Shown: positions 51,601 to 61,119 of the stretch, piece by piece | How the letters are laid out: every line of letters begins with the position of its first letter | Position numbering within the stretch: position 1 is the stretch's first letter | Assembly: GCA_024137785.1 (NCBI GenBank) | Contig: JAHRHZ010000002.1 | Span: 4,803,258 to 4,867,257 of the forward strand | Reading direction: 5' to 3' | Origin: Ginglymostoma cirratum | Lineage: Eukaryota | DNA: 64,000 nucleotides | Position numbers and translations under genes: made by a program | Notes under the pieces: generated by a model | What the model was told of the DNA's origin: nothing | The model's input: the letters and a program-made list of their open reading frames with translations, nothing else | The model's database searches: none

Positions 51601-53567
51601 TAAATACATTACCATAAATTTATTCCTGTCTATAGAAAATAAAGATTAACAAATTCAAGGCATACTTGAATAAACACTCACAAACACTACCAGCTGATCA
51701 AGGGAAGCTCACCTACATAGTGACAATCTTCAGTTTAATGGTAGGAATGCTCAAATCCGGATAGTGCATTCACACCAGCAAATACCTATCATAGCTCCAA
51801 TAGCTGCTAAAAAAGGTACCAAAGACAGTGGCCCAGATCTTCTGGTCAGGTTCAGGAATGATGCTGAGTGCATTGACTCTACTGGTGGAGACTTCTGTAA
51901 CCCAGTCCTTTTCTGATTTTTCAGCTATTTCTTTCAATTCAAGAGTTGAGGGGAGAGTGGCTGCCCTTGACATCGAAACATAGGAATTAGGAGTGGGACT
52001 AGGCAAATTCGGCCCTTTGGGCTGCTCCACTATTTAACATGATCATGGCTGAACTAATCTTGGTTTCAACTCCGCTTTCCTGCCTGTTCCCATAGCCCTT
52101 TATCCTGCATTTCACAAGTGTGGCATCAAGAAGGGTATCGGAGGGAAAACTCTTTGCTGGTTGGAGCACACAGGAAGATGGTTGTAGTTTTTGGAGTTCA
52201 GCCATCTCAGATCCAGGACATCTCTGCCCGAGTTCCTTAGGTTAGTGTCCTAGGCTATGGGCTGTTTGGTTGTAATGATTAGCTGATCACTGTTAGACTG
52301 TTAGATATTAAACTGTGTGACTGGTCCTGGTTCAGTATGCAAATAGGGCACATATATCTGACCCAAATCTCTGACTCTGAACTCCATGTCAGGAACAGTT
52401 GTGGAGAATGCCAGACAATCCCAGAATCCTGACTTGCATCTCCCAATTTAGATCCTAAATCTGATGATCTGGACACCTGAAGATTTTTATCAGTAAATAT
52501 CTGAAGACGCATCAGAAGATTTCCTGGCGGGAAATAAAATGCTTCTAGAAGCTGCTTATTCATTATATATCATTCTTTCAGTTCAAAAATTAAGCAAGCA
52601 CCTGTAAGTATTTTGAATCAACCCGTTAATGACAAATCTCCAGAGTGGGACTCAAACCCGGACCTTCTGACTCTGCCGCAGGAGCCTTAAAAAGAAAGCT
52701 ACTGCTGGTATTTCCAGACAGTCTCCTATCCAAAATCTGAAGCTGCCTACGAGAGCAGACAAGATCAGGCATTTTCAGACTCGTGACAACTGGGCTTCAG
52801 AAACCAACAGCTCATTTTAGATCTGTTGGGAAGTGCAAGGAGAGAGAAACGGCTGTTTCCCTCTAGTGCAAAACCTGCAGGGAGAGAGAAAGGGAAAGGC
52901 TGTTGGACAGAAACAGACAAAGAAACAATGAGATCGAGAGAGAAACATGTGCACGGACAGAGGCAAGACCGCAGAAAAAAGAGACAATCAGAGAACCAGA
53001 GACAGAGATAATGAGAGAGAGAGGGACAGAGGGAGACATTGAAGAAGAGACAGAGAAGAAACAGAAACACAGGGACACAAAGAAAGAAAGACAGAGATCC
53101 TTAGAGAGAACAGAGATAGAGGGATAGAGAGCAGACGGAGAGAAGGAGACCAAGGAAAAAATATCCAGAAGGAGACAGGCAGGGATCCAGACAAAGACAA
53201 ACAGACACACATATATACGGACACACAAGCACACACACACACATGCACACACAAGCACGCACACAGACCAACACACAGACACAGATTGAGACACACTCTG
53301 AGTCACAGAAAGACAGAGAAAGAACACAGACATACACAGTGAGACAGACATGAAAGGAAATTCTCCCCTCGTCTCCTCATCGGTACAATCGTGACATTAA
53401 TTCCTGACAGACGCCGACTAACATTTCCACTCCCATAAAGTCCCAGGAAAGTTTCTGTCCTCACCGTTTGCTGGAGGAGTGAGTGTGAAAATGGAAGGCT
53501 GAATTCTATACTTACCGGGAGAGACCCAGGAAAAACACAGGGAGATAGAGAAAAGGATCAGCAACAT
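27556..53567 (-). CDS. Non-classical MHC class I heavy chain, gene A (multi-exon gene span: leader, alpha1, alpha2, alpha3, TM, cytoplasmic exons)
   Basis: Five phase-1 exons with GT-AG sites splice into one open frame (52+261+276+279+117 nt). The protein is about 333 aa if it ends in the 27934-27950 exon, or about 380 aa if it uses 27763-27822 and 27556-27653. Domain order is the canonical class I order; the cytoplasmic exons are inferred. Confidence 0.9.
27763..27822 (-). CDS. Gene A candidate cytoplasmic exon, DKTRNLQQQCHRKSEEEHQT
   Basis: Acceptor CTTTATTCTTGCCCACAG and donor A|GTGAGA; 60 nt, phase 1-1, open in the class I frame. Flanked by 104-nt and 109-nt introns. Confidence 0.6.
27927..27950 (-). 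CDS. Gene A candidate 24-nt cytoplasmic micro-exon, GPSTA* (in-frame TAA at 27934-27936)
   Basis: Strong acceptor TCTCTCCTACTTTTTCTCAG; possible donor G|GTGAAT that overlaps an AATAAA at 27918-27923. Confidence 0.55.
28150..29470 (+). mobile_element. Mosaic of degenerate CR1 RT and 3' fragments
   Basis: AKFAEDTKI motif, LVRPHL-like remnant and CR1 3' UTR-like segments. Confidence 0.65.
30622..31760 (+). mobile_element. 5'-truncated CR1-type LINE
   Basis: SGVSQGS.GPLLF, ISKFADYTKIGG, MEFHLDKCEILHFG; 3' tail CTCTATGAC. Confidence 0.88.
31922..32038 (-). CDS. Gene A exon 5, connecting peptide plus transmembrane segment
   Basis: Acceptor TGTTTCAG and donor G|GTAAGT; 117 nt, phase 1-1. Reads EIPGNGARHLHLEITGFVIIPLAVIVGIIILVMWKRTQT, a hydrophobic run followed by WKR stop-transfer. 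Too short for the ORF track. Confidence 0.88.
32651..33399 (+). mobile_element. Probable solo LTR
   Basis: TGTA...TACA termini and an AATAAA at 33296-33301; no target-site duplication seen. Confidence 0.45.
33410..35135 (-). mobile_element. 5'-truncated Penelope-like element (Neptune-type): RT C-terminal half, Zn linker, GIY-YIG endonuclease and pLTR
   Basis: FLRYIDDCIG (RT), CNHRKCYTCPY linker and CSRCGLLYIGETK..L..HF.EHL in the ORF track. Flanked by direct repeat TTTATTCTG at 33401-33409 and 35136-35144. Confidence 0.9.
35730..37322 (+). mobile_element. Degenerate CR1-type LINE (endonuclease through RT start)
   Basis: Remnants of the KGKGG-type endonuclease motif and of SPGSDDLRP, DWTVANVP.LFK motifs, with many stops. 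Confidence 0.7.
36787..36978. mobile_element. Short palindromic Penelope-pLTR-derived insertion inside a CR1 copy
   Basis: Inverted halves; TAATTATTTT at 36775-36784 and 36979-36988. Confidence 0.7.
40550..42892 (+). mobile_element. Degenerate CR1-type LINE ORF2 through 3' end
   Basis: KSPRTDGIYSR.LRE...WRLANIAPLFKKGSRDNLANYRPVSLISVMGKLLE, D.SKVFDKVPH, KFADD, then a TGTTC-type tail. Confidence 0.9.
43427..43532 (+). repeat. (CCA)n and C-rich simple repeat
   Basis: Visible CCACCACCA runs. Confidence 0.8.
44059..44337 (-). CDS. Gene A exon 4, alpha3 C1-set Ig domain
   Basis: 279 nt. Reads VQPEVF...LTLFCLVTGFYPVDINMTWLRNG...IRPNHDGTHQ...YSCRIEHSSM...W, with donor G|GTAAGG. A 104-nt intron separates it from alpha2. 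Confidence 0.96.
44442..44717 (-). CDS. Gene A exon 3, MHC class I alpha2 domain (no cysteines)
   Basis: Acceptor TTGTCAG and donor G|GTATAT; 276 nt. Reads GIHIFQW...RFGFDGNDLISL...WVA...AVKTAEKWN...LVERLK...FGKEYLKRK, matching class I alpha2 motifs. Confidence 0.95.
46174..47943. mobile_element. Penelope-like (Poseidon-type) insertion made of two oppositely oriented copies forming a long inverted repeat
   Basis: About 46207-47003 is the reverse complement of about 47137-47942. GIY-YIG motif NVIYKIPCKVCNKHYIGQTGRKL. 12-bp direct repeat TAATCCAATCAC at 46162-46173 and 47944-47955. Confidence 0.9.
46245..46290 (-). ncRNA. Minimal type I hammerhead ribozyme motif in a Penelope pLTR
   Basis: Minus strand reads GCA-CTGATGA-T-GTTACCC-AGCA-GGGTAAC-GAAAC-GTC-TGC: intact core, 7-bp stem II, GUC triplet, GCA/TGC stem I. 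Confidence 0.7.
49636..50883 (+). mobile_element. 5'-truncated Penelope-like element (Neptune-type) in the gene A alpha1-alpha2 intron
   Basis: CNRRKCYACPY and CSCCGLLYIGETKQRLGNRFAEHL in frameshifted ORFs; same 3' terminus as the 33410 copy. Confidence 0.9.
51369..51629 (-). CDS. Gene A exon 2, MHC class I alpha1 domain
   Basis: Acceptor TTTTCTATAG and donor G|GTAAGA; 261 nt. Reads DRNKFMVMYLATSG...LPEYVGVGMINGVPVAYYDS...RQQWM...EEYWE...TNQTSG, with class I YDS, W..., YW motifs and the N86 sequon NQT. Confidence 0.95.
52880..53350 (+). repeat. GA/CA-rich low-complexity tract in gene A intron 1
   Basis: (GA)n, (GACA)n and (CA)n runs. Confidence 0.85.
53516..53567 (-). CDS. Gene A exon 1, signal peptide MLLILFSISLCFSWVSP
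   Basis: ATG at 53567, hydrophobic 17-mer, phase-1 donor G|GTAAGT. Near-identical to the leader at 5095-5146. Confidence 0.9.
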
Positions 53568-53810
53568 TCTGGGAAGTCACGTCCCTATTCTGATCAGCGA
53601 CTTAGAATAAAACACTCTGAGGGGTAATCAAATGGCGTTTACATACTGGGAAATACCGTAAAACAAGTCAATCTATTAAATTCTAATTAACTGTTCACCT
53701 CGAACTTTGATCATTTCCTGAACTCAAATTCCAGAAGCAGATTGGTTCGCCTCAGAGAAACGACCAATTAAAAACCTGAACAGTCACGAACTGTCTCAGT
53801 TTCCAGTAAG
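53568..53810 (-). promoter_or_regulatory. Gene A proximal promoter with candidate X1-like (GGAAAC, 53799-53804) and Y (ATTGG, 53764-53768) boxes and an ETS-like site
   Basis: Paralogous to 5147-5375; GATCATTTCCTGA at 53709-53721 and CCAATTAAAA are conserved. Confidence 0.5.
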
Positions 53811-54304
53811 GTGACTCAGACAGCCTGACCCAGTGTGTGAATGAACATGTCGAAGTGAGAGTGAAGAGTCCTCCACCAGCCCCAGGGCAAAAATAGGACA
53901 TACTGAAATCCTTGACACAACAGTAAACATACTGACACTAGCCCCAGTCCCCCTTGACTATGTTAAACTGGATCCAGCCCAGGCTGGAGTTATACCACAA
54001 TAGATTAAATATGTTACAGTTAGACATCTTCTGTAATATTGAGATCATCACACAGAGAATTCACAGTGAAATCCAAGCAGCTGGAGAGTGAGGGGAGGGA
54101 GTCATACTTAGCTCCATAAAATTAAAGGTTTACCAGTGGAGAAATAGTTCATTGATCAGAATCAAGGTGAACAGCTCAAAGAAAGTACGCTCTGGGTAAA
54201 CCGTGAAATGCTCAGGTCATTTGTTGCCCCGTAGGAATGGACTGGTTCTTCATCCCAAGGATAATTTAGCAGCAGAAATAGGGGAACCAGAGGAGCCAAA
54301 TGTA

Positions 54305-54463
54305 GAGATAAAACGGTGTAGAGCTGGATGAACACAGCAGGCCAAGCAGCATCAGAGGAGCAGGAAAGCTGACGTTTCGGGTCGAGACCCTTCAGAAAAT
54401 TTTCATCCAGCTCTACACCGTGTTATCTCAGATTCTCCAGCATCGACAGTTCCCACTATCTCC
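54305..54463. mobile_element. Short palindromic Penelope-pLTR-derived insertion
   Basis: Two opposed pLTR pieces; 12-bp direct repeat GAGCCAAATGTA at 54293-54304 and 54464-54475. Confidence 0.8.
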
Positions 54464-54574
54464 GAGCCAAATGTACACATGCCACTCCGACAACAAGGAG
54501 ACAGCCACTTGGACAAGTGATCACTATTTACATTTTGCGAAATAAGATACTTGGGGGCGTAAGAATTGGGTCAC

Positions 54575-54867
54575 TAGTAATGATGATGACGTCAGCTAGT
54601 ACGAGGGGGCATAGCTGCAAATTGAGGGGTGATAGATTTAAGACAGATGTCAGAGGCAGGTTCTTTACTCAGAGAGTGGTAAGGGCGTGGAATGCCCTGC
54701 CTGCCAATGTAGTTAACTCAGCCACATTAGGGGCATTTAAACAGTCCTTGGATAAGCATATGGATGATGATGGGATAGTGTAGGGGGATGGGCTTAGATT
54801 AGTTCACACGTCGGCGCAACATCGAGGGCCCAAGGGCCTGTTCTGCGCTGTATTGTTCTATGTTCTA
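54575..54867 (+). mobile_element. Young CR1 3' end
   Basis: TRGHSCKLRGDRFKTDVRGRFFTQRVVRAWNALP; tail GTTCTATGTTCTA. Confidence 0.85.
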
Positions 54868-55249
54868 AATATAATATCCGTAGGAGCGACATGAATATAT
54901 AACGGGTAGCTATAGGCTAAAAAGCTTGAGGGGAGATTCTATATAACGTAATGATTCAGAAGGAGTTAATGTTCATATTACATTGAGCTCCACCCAGTCT
55001 GATGAGGTCACACACAGTCTTTGGCTGGAGACAGTTGAATTCTATATCAACACCTTTTGGGAGCATATGTACTCTGTAATACTCCTAACAGCCCTGGCAA
55101 CCATGTCTAACTCATAATGTAAGTTATACTTCTTGCTTTCAGGCAATAAATCAGTTAACCAAGACCAGTACCTCTTCTCTTAAATGTCTTCAACGGTCTA
55201 TCCATAATACTATACCAGGATAGGCCCTGGACACAGATAGAAAGAGGAG

Positions 55250-56156
55250 GAGATAATAGGTACTGCAGATGCTGGAGAATCCGAGATAACAAGGTGTGGA
55301 GCTGGATGAACACAGCAGGCCAAGCAGCATCATAGGAGCAGGAAAGCTTGATGTTTCAGGCCTAGACCCTTCATCAGAAATGGGGGAGGGGAAGAGGGTT
55401 CTGATATAACTAGGGAGAGAGGGGGAGGTGGACAGAAGATGGATAGAGGAGAGGATAGGTGGAGAGGAGAGAGACAAGCCTCTCTCCCTATTTATATCAG
55501 AATCCTCCTCCCCTCCCCCATTTCTGATGAAGGGTCTAGGCCTGAAACGTCAAGCTTTCCTGCTCCTATGATGCTGCTTGGCCTGCTGTGTTCATCCAGC
55601 TCCACACCTTGTTATCTATGGCCAGATTACTTAAGTGGTTTTCATGATGCATTGATTCACACACACACATGATTCTTTCTTGGTTGATCTTCTGAAGATG
55701 CCAATCAGGGTCACCTTTACAGTTCCCTCAGATAAAGGCAGTAATACATGTAATGTAGTTTTTTATTCTCTGAGCTTCCAAGAACTACTCATGGAGGTTA
55801 GGCAGAAAGCTTTCAGATCTTCATTTTGTAACATCAACAGCCAGATTCCTTCTCACAGATAACACATTCCAAAGTCTAACTCAGAACCTACACTCACCTT
55901 TACTGGCTCCATCCCCGCCTCTTCGACTTGTCTGCCTCCTCTCCACCTATCCTCTCCTCTATCCATCCTCTATCCACCTCCCCCTCTCTCACTATTTATT
56001 TCAGAACCCTCTTCCCCTCCCCCATTTCTGATGAATGGTTTAGGCCCGAAACGTCAAGTTTTCCTGCTCCTATGATGCTGCTTGACCTGCTGTGTTCATC
56101 CAGCCCCATGCTTGTTATCTCGGATTCTCCAGCATCTGCAGTACCTTTTATCTCTG
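55250..56156. mobile_element. Cluster of Penelope pLTR copies (inverted pair about 55250-55617 plus a solo copy about 55880-56156)
   Basis: Same terminal sequence as 50650-50883; CTGATGA...GAAACGTC cores at 55524-55551 and 56028-56055. Confidence 0.8.
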
Positions 56157-59100
56157 ACCACTTCCTGATAGATTAATCATTTCCTCCATGGGGTCCCAAT
56201 CATCATTCAACCTCTGCCATCTGCTTTAGTGCAAGATCTTTTGCAGACTTCCTGGAAACAGTTCCCAGACACTGACCTCATTAATAGCCAACTTCTGCTG
56301 TCTCTTTAAACATAATGCTCTTCTCCGGTGATTAAGCAACTAAACAACTTTTTGATAAGGAACCTATCTGCAATTAACTCCCAGCCTGGCCTCGTGAATA
56401 AGCAAAAGTTTGTTTGGTCTGTTTTCCTTTTAACATAAGCCGTTACCCACAGTTCAAGTCATTGTTAGCTCGCAGTTCCCAGAGCACAGCTCCAAACTAA
56501 AATTGATTAACTAAAATAAAAATGACAAATAAAAGTCAGCAAATGTTCTAACAAGAATTGCTAACTTTTTAATTTAAATTCTAACCCTTTAAAAAAAATC
56601 CCATGTACATCTCGACACAAAGAGACAAGATACAAATATTGCGGACGGGGAAGGAACAAAAATGTCTCAGATGGGTAGTTCAGGCACCAGCCCAGATCAC
56701 AGAAATCAATGAGTTGTTTTCCTTCAGTCCGGTTCTGATTCTTTTCAACTCTTCGAGAAGGGCACGAGATTGTGGACACACCAAATCTCAATCTTCCATT
56801 CACTGATTGAAGATTTATCCTTTCAGTGTCTCTGAATGAGTTTTTTTTCCCTTTTCCTTTCAAGAAGGGAATTTGCAAAGAGAAGGTGAGAGGTAGAATA
56901 GCTAGCTCCTTGGGATTTTCTTTTACTTCCACTCAAAAGATACAGAGACAGAGAGAGAGATAGAGAGTGGGAGAGAGAGATTTGGGTGCTCTCTCTTTTA
57001 CAGGGTGAATGTTTGTGCTGTATTGCCACCTGCCCAGGAACTAATCAAAAAGTTGTTTATATACTGAATACTCTTAAACACAACTGTCCTGTTTGAATCA
57101 AACACAATCAAAAGTCTGTCACTGGGTAAATTGGCCTAAATGGACACCCACAGAACAGAAACATCCAGCATCCTCCCCTGCTGCTGTAAATAAGGTAGAT
57201 ACAACTCACAAGGATTTCCAGTATCTCAATTTTTTAAAACCGCAGCATCATCTTCCACAGTACCTCAATTTATAGCAGTATCTTTTCCTATTTCTTAGCC
57301 CACAGTACATGAGAAAAGGGTCTTTACAGGCATTACACTATGATCAACTTGGTTTCATGACCAAGTAAGCGTGTATCTACAGGATATTTTCTTTTTTGCA
57401 CATTTTGCAATATGCTTGTGTAAGTTTTGGTTGAGGGTTGAATAGAAGTCAAGAACCTGAGGAATGATTTGTGTGGCTTTGGGAACAACATTATTAATGG
57501 TCACAGAATTCATTTGCAGTTGGACTTAAATTCTCAACTGCACAGGGATATGGGTTCAAATCCCACTCCAGGACATCGGCAGAAAAACTCCTCGCTGAAA
57601 TCCCGGTGGAGTACTGAGAGTAAGAGACAGGAGCAGATGGAGGGATTTGAAAACTGACTCAAAAGCCTCAGTAATGCTGAGCTTTCTCGTGAACATCGGG
57701 ATATTCATCGAGTTTTATTCCTGACACACTGAACTGTACAATATAACCTGAGTGAATGAAAGCAGAATGGTCTATCAGCAGTGCTGACGGAAGACAATCA
57801 AATGGCCATTCCAGCTGACACCAGGGACTTTTCTACCTTTCATGGCTTCAGGAACCCAGACACAAAGACAGCACTGACACCTACAGCTCTAACTAGTTAC
57901 CAGCTTAAATCACATCAAAACTTTGCCTACCTTTTGAAATTCATTCATGGGATTTGGCATTTCTGGCTGCAATCAATTTGGTACATGTAGACCCAAAGTG
58001 CTGCTATGAAGGGAATTCTAGAATTTGACATGAACAGTGAAGTAAAGATGATGTGTAGTTTGGAAGGCAACTTGTGGGTATGTGTTCCAGGTAACTGCTG
58101 CCCTTGTGCTTCTAGGTGGCAAGGTTTCGAATTTGAAACGTGTTGTCAAAGTAGCCTTAGTGAGTTAATGCACTGCATCTTTTAGATGGTGACACTGCTG
58201 CTACTCAGCATTAGTAATTAATGTTTGTACATATAGTGCAAATCAAGTGGTCTGCTTTATTCTGGATGTTGTCAAGCTTGTGGAGTGTTGCTGGTGTTGT
58301 ATTCATCCAGTCAAATGAACAGTATTCTGTCACATGCTTCACTTGTATGTCGTAGATGGTGGACATGGTTTGGAGAGTCAGGAAGTTAGTTAGTCACTGC
58401 AGGATTCCGAGCCTCTTACCTGCTCTCGTAGCTGCAGTATTTACATAGCAAGTCCAACTGCGTTTCTGGTCAATTCTTGGTTTGGTGATGGCAATACCAT
58501 TGAAAAATCAAACTGCAGTGGTTACATTCTGTCCTAGATGGTCATTGGCTTGTCTGGTATGGTGTGAATAATTCTTGTTAGTTATCAGTCCAAGCCTCGA
58601 TATTGTCCAGGTCTTGCTGTATATGGACATGGTTTGCTTCAGCACCTGAGTAGTGATTAATGGCTTGGCCCGGCATGGCGGTCTCTCAGCACAGCATTGC
58701 AGTCTTTTGGCAATTCATGGTAGTCTCTCAGCCTGGCATGGCCTCAGCATGGACTTCTGGTCATGAGGTGATTCCGCTAAGTGTGGCCCAATCATGGCTA
58801 AGCATGTAAGAAAGACTGTAATGTCTGAACTTTCAGCTTTCTTAGCTTTAAGTAGAAAAGAAATAAAGTCTACAATGTGTAACTTTTAACCTTATTTCAT
58901 ACGTTTTACGCTATACTATAATTACTGCAATGCTTAAATTTGTTCTTTCTACCTTGTTCTTAAGATTCTGTACCTAGGTACTTGTAACTAAGATTGGGCC
59001 TTTTCACTTTTCATTGTACTTCTGTACTGCTGAGCTTGACTACACATGACAATAAAATCAAAATCAAATCAAATATGATGACGGAAGATTATTGACAGAG

Positions 59101-59289
59101 AAGCTAAGATGGCTGAGCTGAGTACAACCCTGAGGAACTCCTGTAGTGATGCCCTGGAACTGAAATGATTGACGTTCAACACCACAGCCATCTTCTTTTG
59201 TGCTCAATATAACTCTAGTCAGTGGAGATTCACCCAAATGTCTGTTGGCTATACATCCTGACTACCGGCAGATACCATTAATTGACATG

Positions 59290-59655
59290 GAGCAACGGGC
59301 AGCAAATCCCAGAACACTGCGACTAACATTAGATCTGATTCTGCCGTCAGTCAACATTTATCAAAGAACTTGAAGTGTGCTGTGAATGATACCAAAAAGC
59401 AGTTAAAGATTGTCAGTCTGACTGACAATGTGACGAATTTGCACATGCCAAAAGCTACACAGGACTGTTTTACAGAGGCGAAAGGAATATATATTGTACC
59501 TTCTTTGATGAAAAATGGGTCATGATTCTGCCAGTCTTGGCCACATTCCTATGGCAATAACCTGACCAACCAGTTTATTTGCACAGTCGAGAACTAGAAG
59601 TGTTTCTTCTATTCTAGACCTGATGAGTGCAATACAAAAAGCTTCAACTTCATTC
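59290..59655 (+). mobile_element. Degenerate Penelope-like endonuclease C-terminus with pLTR
   Basis: Translates SDSAVSQHLSKNLKCAVND..KQLKIVS; ends in CTGATGAGTGCAATACAAAAAGCTTC, a hammerhead-like motif. Confidence 0.5.
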
Positions 59656-61119
59656 TTCCTTTGAACTCTGAAAGTAGGCTCGAGTATTTTAGTGAACAGG
59701 AAGACAGTGTACTGACAAATCAGATACTTTGGGTTACAGTAAGAATTTATTGAGTTATAAATCTATAGAGAAGATTGGTAAAAATCACAGACAAACAAGA
59801 GAGTGTTCAGCTTACAACAGTTGTTCAACCAAACAAAATAAAGCACTTGCAATGACTCAAAATTTGCCTCTAAGTCCCAAGTTTGATATCTTTCTTTTGT
59901 TAGGCAAAGGGATCAAGTGTGACAAAACTAAGGCAGATAGAAAGAGTGTGGATATGGATTAGCCATGATCTAATTGAATGATGTAACAGTCTCAGGGATT
60001 ACTCCAGTTCCTACATTCTTAACTTCTTCTCTACTTATCTCCAACAATCAAACGGTCAGTGTCAACCGCTTCAGTCTCCAGTTCAGTTTCAGACCGGAAA
60101 TGGAGGGAAATTTACATTTAATGGTTAGTTCAAGTTTACTTATGATCAAATAATCGAAGCATGGTCATCAGTTTACAATATTATGTTTAATTGTAGCAGA
60201 TTTAAAACAATCATACACAATATATCATGACTCAGCTTGTAACCCATCTTTAGTTAAAAGGCACACCCCCTGCTGTACTTTGACAGTATCTCAAAGTGAG
60301 AATTTCCAGTCTATCATGGTCGAAGCAGCAAGCTCCAACAACTGTGCATCCCACTACATCCCCATTAAATCCTTACCAAGCACTTGGCTTTATGGCCAGA
60401 GAAAAGTTAGAAAGACTTATTATGCAAAGTAGAAAAGAACAAAACATTAATTCTACATTAGTCTAGTCTGAATTTATAGCATTTGAGAAGCCATATTTTG
60501 CTAAATCACACTATTATTTGTCTTAGTGTTATGCTCAGTAATAGTCTTTACAGTATAATTCTTTTTGACCTTTATTCCATAAGACTATGTATTAACCAAA
60601 TCTTTAAGTATACTGATCAACAACAACTCATCCTTCACATACTGATTGTCATCATGCACATAGTTTACATACACTCTATACAAGTTAAGTATTACCTAGT
60701 TTGCAAATCTCTATTTTTTAGGTTTATATGCAAATTTACCACTGACCATTTGACTTTAAAAAGTAATTTGATCCAAGCACCAGCTGTAGTTAGGATAATC
60801 CCTAGCAGATGACCTCTACATCAAAATGGTCACCGTGATACGATTCTATTTAATGAGAACAGTCAGTTAAGTCTGAGACAACAGGTTCATGGTATCAATC
60901 AGGAGGGCATGACAGCACACATCATCTTCTCCTGAGCAAATGGGTCAATAACATACTTTAAAATGTGTCATTTTGTTCGTGAGAAGTTATAAAAAGAGGT
61001 CAAATAAATGAAATCATAGAAAAAAAGTCAGAAGATAATGGGAAGTCTCATTAGGAGATAAATGTGATTAAGAGCCAGAGATTGATCATGCATTTAGAAT
61101 CCAGCCTCATCTCACTTGG

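Noticed and set aside
52765-53351. Several overlapping Cys/Val- or Arg/Glu-rich ORFs
   Set aside because: Translations of GA/CA microsatellite sequence.
44059-53567. Classical class I, class II, W-category or CD1 label for gene A
   Set aside because: Three ectodomain exons exclude class II and W-category. Lost anchor residues argue against classical. No lineage or gene symbol can be assigned without a phylogeny.
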